Assembly: GCA_951406725.2 (NCBI GenBank) | Contig: OX597823.1 | Location: 40,610,001-40,674,000, forward strand | Length of the DNA: 64,000 nucleotides | Source of the DNA: Octopus vulgaris | Lineage: Eukaryota | Direction: 5' to 3' | In this document: positions 55,057 through 64,000 of the stretch, piece after piece | How the letters are laid out: each line of letters starts with the position of its first letter | Position numbering within the stretch: position 1 is the stretch's first letter | Notes under the pieces: generated by a model | The model's input: the letters and a program-made list of their open reading frames with translations, nothing else | Database searches by the model: none | What the model was told of the DNA's origin: nothing | Position numbers and translations under genes: made by a program

Positions 55057-55089
55057 TACATAAATATGTACATGAATATATACATATAT

Positions 55090-55495
55090 ATTCTTTTATT
55101 GTTTTACTCTATTACATCTTTCAGTCATTTGACTGCGGTCATGTTGGAGCACCGCCTTTAGTCGAACAAATCGACCTCAGGACTTATTCCTTGTAAGCCT
55201 GGTACTTATTCTATTGGTCTCTTATGCCGAACTGCTAAGCTACAGTGACATAAACACACCAACATCGGTTGTGAAACGATGGTGGGTGGGGACAAACACT
55301 GACACACAAACAAACATATATATATATATACATATACCACTAGATTCTTTCAGCTTCCGTCTACCAAATCCACTCACAGGGCTTCGGTCGGCCCGAGACT
55401 ATAGTACAAGGTACTTGCCCAAGGTGCCACACGGTGGGAATGTACCCAGAACCATGTGGTTGAGAAGCAAGCTTCTTAAGACACAGCCACGCCTG
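55090..55495 (-). mobile_element. SINE family B, full-length
   Basis: Reverse complement of 29047-29450 over its length. Confidence 0.88.
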
Positions 55496-56629
55496 CACAC
55501 ACGCCTGCACACACGCCTGCACACACACACACACACACACACACGTAGATGGCCATAAGTCGCTTTACCCACTCCTAATAATAATAAACACAATATAAAT
55601 ATACAAGCATGTCTATATATGTATCTATGTATATATATGTATGTACGTATATATATGGCGTGTATATATTTATATATAGATAAGCATGCGTATGTATGTA
55701 TGTATGTATGTATGTATGTATGTATGTATCTATGTATCTATGTATCTATGTATTATGTATGCATGTACGTATGTATGTATGGTTTATCTTTACACGTATA
55801 TATGTGTATTTTTAAGACATTGCTCTCACATAGATTGATCTACGCAAAGTAACTGTGAAACAAAATGGGTTAAATGAAAAGTCAACTGCAAATATCACTC
55901 TCTCCTACTCTCCCTCTCTTTTTCACCCTCTCCCTCACTTCTCCACCTTCTCCTAGTCTCCCACTTTCTCTACGCCTTCTCCCCTTCATTGCTCACACAA
56001 CTGTAAACGTTTTCTTTCATTCTCTCTCTCTCCTCTTCTCCCTCATCTTCTTTCTCTATCAGAGTCACTCTGTGACCAGCATTCTCTACCAACTTCTCAG
56101 ATGTTCTCTAAAATTTTATGTAAGTTACATTTCACAAGAATTTTGGTATCCAATTTCTTAAGAAGACTCTTTTGCTCGATTCACTTGCTAAAGCGAGGCA
56201 GCTGATAAATAAAATAAAATAAAATAAAATAAAGAAAAATACCAAAATGTGAATAGAAAAATAAAAGAAGATATTTGGCAATTCACAGCGGAATGGGAGA
56301 GCTGCAGAACTAATGTGATACGTTCTCACTGAAGCAATATAGGAAGTCACACGCATACATCTATACACAAACGCGCATACACACGTTGATAGGCATATGA
56401 ACAAGTGAAGGCAAACACTCAGTGGCGCACAAGCCCACGCACACATGTACAGACACATACACACGTACACATACAGGCACACACGCATTCATATACACAC
56501 AGACATACACGTATACTACATTGTGTTAAAGTTGGCTTTTTCATTTCTTCAGTACACCTATGTCTGTTATAATGATTCCTTCCCTCTCCCTCACTCAGTC
56601 TCTCTGCCAGAGTCTTTTTCTCCCCCCCT

Positions 56630-56716
<87 letters not shown>

Positions 56717-56839
56717 GTATGTCTCCATATTTCCGTCCCTCCGTCTCTGTATATCCAGCCATCTGTCTACATCTATGTATCTCTCTCCCTCTTTCCCTCT
56801 CTCACCGTTTCTTTCTCTCTCTGCCTCCCTCTCTCTCTT

Positions 56840-56879
<40 letters not shown>

Positions 56880-57219
56880 CACCCCCTACATCACATGTCA
56901 TAATTAAAACGTGAATTCTTTGCTTAACCTCTTCCAACTCAGAAATCTGTATGCAGTGATGATAGCTGTTTGACATCATCTATCAAACGTAAAAAGGCTT
57001 CGTAGCTGTAATGTTACAGCGACATACAATTCATACATACAAGCAGACATGATAATGTCTTTGCATATCTGTTATCATCCATTATACATATTTATATATA
57101 TATATATATATATATACATACATACATGCATACATACATACATGCATGCATACATGCATGCATGCATACATATACACGATTTACAAAATGAAGTAGGAAG
57201 ATCCGGGCAATATACACAA

Positions 57220-57250
<31 letters not shown>

Positions 57251-57396
57251 CTCACACACACACAGACATACACACACACATATATTGTTGTATTTCGGGA
57301 CGGTCATTTTTTTTTGTCAAATAAACACACGCACAATATATTTCCTCTTCACTCGCTTATTACTGTTTTTATTTTATCATTTTAACTTATGTCCAT

Positions 57397-57441
57397 TGTC
57401 CAGAAATTTTTCGTCACACATCTGTGACCTCTTCAGCGACA
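57397..57441 (-). ncRNA. Solo minimal hammerhead ribozyme candidate
   Basis: Minus strand: tgtcg-CTGAAGA(57436-57430)-g-gtcaca-gatg-tgtgac-GAA-AAATTT-C-tggaca. Perfect 6-bp stem II, palindromic stem III, UUC site, imperfect stem I. Confidence 0.65.
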
Positions 57442-57704
57442 CTTTTCGTTTTCATGTATCTTCTTGCTCCACTTACTCCAATCTGTTCTTCTAAGATGTG
57501 TATCCTTATGTGCGCATGCGTTTGTGTCCTTGTGTGTGTGTGTGTGATCCACCCGATGTCCACGGATACTACGGACTGTACTGTAATCATTTCAGCAATA
57601 CGGACTATAATCTTAAGAAGCATGAGATTTGCGGAAACTCACGTAGCAATGCATTAAAATATTTATAGATTCCATCCATGGATTATTATTATCATTATTA
57701 ATGG

Positions 57705-58300
57705 TATGGTGGTGAGCTGGTAGAAACGTTAGCACGCCGGGCGAAATGCGTAGCCGTATTCGTCTGCCGTTACGTTCTGAGTTCAAATTCCGCCGAGGTC
57801 GACCTTGCCTTTAATCCTTTCGGGGTCGATAAATTAAGTACCAGTTACGCACTGGGGTCGATGTAAACGACTTAATCCGTTTGCCTGTCCTTGTTTGTCC
57901 CCTCTGTGTGTTGCCCCTTGTGGGCAGTAAAGAAATAGGTATTTCATCAGACGCTACGTTCTGAGTTCAAATTCCGCCGAGGTCGACTTTATCTTTCATC
58001 CTTTCGGGTCGAAATAATTGACTAGTCCCCTTCCACCATAAGGTTTCAAGGCCTTGTGAATAGAGTAGAAATAATTATTATTGGTAAGGCAATGAGCTGG
58101 CAGAATCGTTAGCGCACAGGGTGAAATGCCTAGCAGTATTTAGCCCGTCGCTATGCTCTGAGTTCAAATTCTGCTGAGGCCGACTTTGCCTTTCATCCTT
58201 TCGGGGTCGATTAAGTAAGCACCAGTTACGCACTGGGGGCGATCTAATCGACTTAATGCCTCCCCTAAATTTGAGGCCTTGTACTTCCAGTAGATACAAT
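57705..58300 (+). mobile_element. SINE family A dimer (57705-58075) followed immediately by a third full copy (58086-58300)
   Basis: Tail A/body junction at 57931-57945. A second head, aaggcaatgagctggcagaatcg, starts at about 58086. Confidence 0.88.
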
Positions 58301-58329
58301 TATTATTATTATTGTTATTATTATATGTG

Positions 58330-58900
58330 TGTGTATTTTTGTGTATGTTTTGTCCTCCACCATCACTTGACAACCAGTGTTGTTGTGCCTGAGTCCGCGT
58401 AACTTAGCGGTTCGGCGAAAGAGCCCGTTAGAATGAGTACCAGTTTTTACAAAAAATAAGCACTGTGATCGACAAGTTCGACTGAAATGCTTCAAGATGG
58501 TGGCCCTTCATAGCCGCAGTCTGATAACTGAAACAAATAAAAAGAAAAGATATAAATCTGTGTTTCTATGCGCACATGTATGTATGTACGTGCATATATA
58601 TATGCGTGTGTTTGCTTGTGTGTGTATGTATGTGTGGATATATATATATTTCTTCTTTTATTCTTTTACTTATTTCAGTCATTTGACGCGGTCATGCTGG
58701 AGCACCACCTTGAAGGGTTTTAGTCAAACAAATCGACTCCAGGACTTATTTCTTAAACCTAGAAGTTTTTCTATCGGTCTGTTATGCCGAGTGGCTAAAT
58801 CACAGGGTCGTAAGCACACCAACACACATACAGGTCGGGTTTCTATAAGTTTCCGTTTACCAAATCCACTCACAAGTCTTTGGTTGGTAGGAGGCTATAT
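58330..58900. mobile_element. Two SINE family B copies in inverted orientation (58330-58548 +, 58650-58900 -)
   Basis: A 3' half on the plus strand ends ctgaaacaaataaaaaga. The minus copy starts ttcttttacttatttcagtcatttg. Confidence 0.75.
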
Positions 58901-59463
58901 ATTCTGTATATCTCAATGCGTGGGTTTGTAGTCTTCTATGCTCAAGACATCCTGACACCCTATATTCATACTTTACTTTTTACGTACTCTTTAATCCCAG
59001 TTAATGATTAAATGAGTTTCTAATTCCATTCAATCAAACTAGCTTAACTAATTTTCTCACCATCCTGTAGGTTTGCTATTTATATAATATTCCCCGATAT
59101 TAAGACTATATATTTTTTTCAGTTTAAATTGGGTCCCCAGCAACGAAAACTAAACATCCTATACTCTGAACTATAACATTATGCATCTAGTTTCAAGTTT
59201 TCTCTGATAAATTACCCCTACGTACGTTACTATTTCTCTAAAATACACCATATTTATTTTTAATTACACTTGTTCGTTTCTTTACTTCGCCACTACTGTC
59301 CATATATTATTTTTTAGATATGGAAACTTATTTTCTGTGTCTTCTTGCATCTTATAATCTTGCCTCTCTTCTCCCAACTCCCTCCTTTATCATAATTCTC
59401 AGTTTCTGCACTTCTATTACCCTCAACCGCACTTTCCCTTTTCAGAGTCTTTCTCTGTCTGTC

Positions 59464-59494
<31 letters not shown>

Positions 59495-59681
59495 CTCTGT
59501 CTCTCTCTGTCTCTCTCTCCTTTTCCTATCCCTGTCTACATAGTTGTATATCATATTCTCTTATATTTTCAAATAATTCAGTTTTATTTAGAAACCTTAA
59601 TTGCTGAAGACTCCTCTCTTGGAATGTCTAAACCCCCAACGGATAGTAGAAGCCGGCGCACACAAATACTTTACACACACC

Positions 59682-59747
<66 letters not shown>

Positions 59748-59904
59748 TACACACACGCACAAACACATACACACATACACAAAGTTACACACACGCACAA
59801 TCACACACACGTGAAATACACAATACACTGTAAAGCATAATTAATCCTAGCGAGGAATTTTTGGCTGAAAGTACTTAGTAAGTATTCATCACACCATATA
59901 AAGA

Positions 59905-59955
<51 letters not shown>

Positions 59956-60156
59956 GGGATACACACGCGCGTGTGGCTGGGTGTGCGTGTGCGACGTGAG
60001 TTTGCACAAGTGCATGTTAAGTGGAGTGGATTGTAATAAATCAAAATTTTAATGTTGTATGACATTTATATGATATATCTGTATTTGTCTTTGTTCAAAT
60101 AGACAAATACAGATATATGAGTTTTTTTCTTATCTCACTTTGGTAATTGTATATTC

Positions 60157-60201
<45 letters not shown>

Positions 60202-60599
60202 TGTGTGTGTGTATTCTATAACAAGAATAGAATTGACAGTGACTTCGAAGTCTCGTCTCTTTAAGCCATCGTTGGACAGTCAAAGGATGACTTATTTAGC
60301 CAAAACTTCAAAGTCATTGTCGATGAAATTTTTTGTCAAAGAATAATTAATTTGCACTCTACAAAAGTATGGAGTAACCCTCCAAATTTATGTAAAATTG
60401 TTTTTATTTCAACAGAACATAAAAAACAAACAATATAATATTTCATATCAATGCGTGGACTCTCTTTTCGTAGGCGACAGATGGGTGTTCCGCAAATTCG
60501 GGTTGAAATCTTGCGTAGATTATTTGCTTATAGTGGTCAAACATTTGTGCTGTATAGTAACTCTCTCCCTCCTTTTTTTCAAATGAACATAGTGCACAG

Positions 60600-60735
60600 T
60601 GTGCCAGGCGTCAGACGCTGAAGCCATTGTCGAGCGACGCAAAATGAAGAGTTTTATTTTAAGGCACAATGCATTTGAAACCATGATCTTCAGAATGAGA
60701 ATACAGTACCCTAACCACTAGGCCACGCGACTTCA
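60600..60735 (-). mobile_element. tRNA-headed SINE 5' fragment (family C-like)
   Basis: ccctaaccactaggccacgcg is the reverse complement of an A-box head (cgcgtggcctagtggttaggg). A similar short head occurs at about 598-630. Confidence 0.6.
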
Positions 60736-60860
60736 GCCACACACGCAGACGGCATCTTGCGATCTTGTAGTTAACATTAATACACATCATTAAGTTATTT
60801 CATATACACAACAGCTTGTCTTTATAGATGTGCATATGTATACACATTTATGTGTATGCC

Positions 60861-60909
<49 letters not shown>

Positions 60910-61132
60910 TTTATATGTAAATGTCTGATCGTTTGTGATTGAAGTAATTAGATTTCTCAGCTCATTACATTAATAATTATGATAGCACCCACTTTATAAT
61001 ATATTAAGATCTTTTGAATTATCTAATTTTCAGAGAACATGATGAGGCGCCTGCTCTGAAATTTGAGCCTAATATGTTATAGGCTGATATCTGTAAACTG
61101 ATACCTGTTCCACTCAATCATGTTCTGTATAA

Positions 61133-61746
61133 TCTATACATATAATTTTGACATAGGCGATTCTTTCTTGTCTTGGGATTCACGGCCAAACGGTTGGGTG
61201 GAATTGCGCGAAAAATTGCACAGATGAGTAGAATGATCCGGCGGTGATACTGGGCTTTGTATTTTTTCCACAGCTCCCATGGTTACCGAGATAATCTACT
61301 ATGATAATGAATGAGAAAGGAATTGGTGATAGATGAATAAGGAAGGAAGAGGTGATATTATACTTGATAGTGGGATGATGAAAATTGTACGCTGAATCGA
61401 TAAATCAAACAGCATTTCAACTCTATGTGAATATGTGTTTGTGTATGTAAAAGGGTGTGTGTGAATGTGTGTATATGCGTGTGTGCGTGCGTGTGTGTGT
61501 GTGTTTGTGTGTGTGTGCGCGTGTGCGTGCGCAATGGAAGTGGGATGGTTCATCTTTGTTCGCTTAGTATTCGGGTTTATTTTTGATTTTGTTGAATCTT
61601 GCTGTTTTTAGCGTTTTGACAGAAAAAATTCATTCTAAAATTGTTTTGTAACGTAAGCGTGCCCAAACGAGTCGAATGCTTACACAGAGCAGGTTTTACA
61701 GCCACATCATCCAAACCGACCGGGTGAAACCGGGTTTAGATGCTAG
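61133..61746 (+). mobile_element. Probable non-autonomous Helitron
   Basis: Starts A|TCtatacatataa and ends ccgggtgaaaccggg-tttagatg-CTAG|T (GC-rich imperfect hairpin about 10 nt before CTAG). Inserted between A and T with no TSD. Confidence 0.6.
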
Positions 61747-61753
61747 TAATATA

Positions 61754-62312
61754 TAAGGCTGAGTAAAAAGTAAACTACGTTTTGAAACATGAAATTCATC
61801 ACAATATTTTTCAACAATGCGGGAAGCTTATTCATCAAAGAAAGTACCATTACAATCAACACATTTTTGCAAACAAGTTACAAACTTGTTTATTCCTTTA
61901 ACATAAAAATCAGGAGTTCTGGAGCTGATGAACTCTTTGAACATACTGTCAGCATCGGTTTGATTTTCTGAACTCCTTTTCTCGCAGGAAACCATCAAGG
62001 TGCTTGAAATGTCTGCAGGAAGTTTTCTGGCTAACTTTTGCCAGTTCTTGGGTAGTTTTACGTGGATCTTTCTCCATTACGGTCCTTAATTGACCGTCAT
62101 CGATGACAGATACGCTCACGGTCTTCAAGGCACGGGTCCAGTATGCTTACGATCTTCAAGGCGCAGGTCCACAATGCAAAATCGTTTAAAATAATTTCGA
62201 CCTAACCACTTACTGGTCATTTCCTCACCAAAGGTTTTGTGAGCAGTTTCAGCTGCATTATGTCCTTTTTTGAAGTTGAATAGCAAAATTGTTCGAATAT
62301 TGCGAATATTCT
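61754..62312 (-). mobile_element. mariner transposon, internally deleted (HTH and C-terminus retained)
   Basis: IRTILLFNFKKGHNAAETA...FGE...FKRF...LED, joined after a deletion to FKHLDGFLREKEF...FKEFISSRTPDFYVKGINKLV..LQKCVDCNGTFFDE*. TIR-like taaggctgagtaaaaagta follows TA. Confidence 0.88.
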
Positions 62313-63046
62313 GGGGAGCTGTGTGTGTGCGTGCGCGCGCACGTGTGTGGTAGTTTTGGCAACGATCTCCGTCTTTCGACAATGAGAATCTAGCAATTCG
62401 ATCAATTGTACTCTGTTTCTTAAAGTGTAAGTGGTTGAGTATTCCACAGACGTGTATACCTTTAATGTAATTCTCAGACAGAATCAGTGAGACTCATGAA
62501 AAATGGGTACATTTTTAATTTTTCGTTCACCCAGTTTTATTCATGAAGTATGGGTCAACCGAATGCTATGGATGTTGATCTCAGCTCTAGATATTCTGCA
62601 AATGGTTTGAACTAGAGACCTCGTGGTTACGAAACGACGTCATTCACAATCCGGCCGTACAGTGCCTGCGTATATGTACACACACACACGCACACACACA
62701 CACACACACTCGCACACTTACCATAGAGCAAATAGACTCAAGGGAATCCAAAATTGTGTCCATATGCGCGTTATGTTTAGTGTAATGAAGCATGGAAGAA
62801 ATAAATAACTTTTATCTCTACAACTTTGAGGTTGGCATCAGTTGGCCAATGGCGACAAGTAGAGCAAATGGTAACATACCACTATGCTAGGCTGGACTTC
62901 ATGCTGCATGCCAAATATTTGGAATGTTGTTTTATGGCTTGGGCACACCTTCAACTCAACTGGTGCTGCAAGGTCTAGAGATCGCTTCAGCTACTTTGGC
63001 AATCAACACCACTCTTCCTTTTATTGTTAAACAGAAAGGCGGCGAA

Positions 63047-63530
63047 AGGCGGTGAGCCAGCAGAATCGTTAGCACGCTGGACGAAATACTTAGTGGTATT
63101 TCGTCTGCCGTTACGTTGTGAGTTCAAATTCCGCCGAGGTCGACTTTGCCTTTCATCCTTTCGGGGTCGATAAATTAAGTACCAGTTACGCACTGGGGTC
63201 GATGTAATCGACTTAATACCTATGTCTGTCCTTGTTTGTCCCCTCTATGTTTAGCCCCTTGTGGGTAATAAAGAAATAGGTATTTGCCCGTCCTTACGTT
63301 CTGAGTTCAAATTCTGCTGAGGTCGACTTAGCCTTTCATCCTTTCGGGGTCGATAAAATAAATACCAGTTGAACACTGGAGTCGATGTAATCGACTCATC
63401 CCCACCTCCCTCAAGCTGCCCTTGTGGCAAAAATTTGAAGTAGTTATTATACAGATGGCAAAAGGCAACGAGCTGGCAGAATTGTTAGCACGCTGGACAA
63501 AATACTCTGCGGCGTTTAGTCTGTCTACAT
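63047..63530 (+). mobile_element. SINE family A dimer (63047-63450) followed by another head (63462-63530)
   Basis: Tail A/body junction aagaaataggtattt at 63271-63285. A second head, aaggcaacgagctggcagaa, follows. Confidence 0.88.
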
Positions 63531-63867
63531 ATCTGTATCTAACGAATATAATAATAGTATGCCACATAAATGAGATACCCCCCAACGAAAGGCTAAATTA
63601 TTTTGTTTGGTTAGATGTGTTATTCCGTACATCACTGACAATGAAATACCGCCAGGGATAGACCTAAATGTATACGCATACGTATACACACACTCACTAA
63701 TACACAAAATTAATTAGCTATAAGCGTATTTTGACAGTGCATTTGTTATATGAGACCATACGTCAGTATCTTATATGTGTTAGTGTGTGTGACTTTTTAT
63801 GTGTCTCTGCTGAATATTTTAACCAGAAGTTAAGGATATTATAAACTGAGGCACCTTAATTGTACAT

Positions 63868-63870
63868 TTA

Positions 63871-63901
<31 letters not shown>

Positions 63902-64000
63902 GTTGTTGATGTTGTTGTTGTTTTTGTTGTTATTGGTGTTTATTATTGTTATTGTTGTTGTTGTTGTTATTAATATTACTATTATTGTTGTTGTTGTTGT
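63868..64000. repeat. (ATT)n/(GTT)n microsatellite
   Basis: Direct reading. Confidence 0.95.

Noticed and set aside
59600-59665. ctgaaga…gaag-ccgg hammerhead-like spacing
   Set aside because: No GAAA, no UH cleavage triplet and weak stems.

Overview
This is AT-rich, microsatellite-dense eukaryotic DNA. Its repeat repertoire matches an octopod cephalopod (Octopus-type) genome; this is inferred from the SINE families, not from a marker gene. I could not support any intact host protein-coding, tRNA or rRNA gene, and nearly all listed ORFs are microsatellite or SINE artefacts. The window is a transposon graveyard: at least four tRNA-headed SINE families (many copies, several with target-site duplications), three Penelope-like (GIY-YIG) fragments, RTE and I-group LINE remnants, four Tc1/mariner remnants and a probable non-autonomous Helitron. 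Two signals stand out. (1) Several minimal hammerhead ribozyme folds occur in sequence-distinct Penelope-type termini, including one with an intact core inside a near-perfect 127-bp inverted repeat (46310-46630) and a solo one at 57397-57441. (2) One SINE family forms head-to-tail dimers and trimers, several within a single TSD pair, with a recurring tail-to-body junction that suggests multimeric or circular templates, or self-targeting. Coordinates were read by eye, so element boundaries are approximate unless defined by a TSD or motif.
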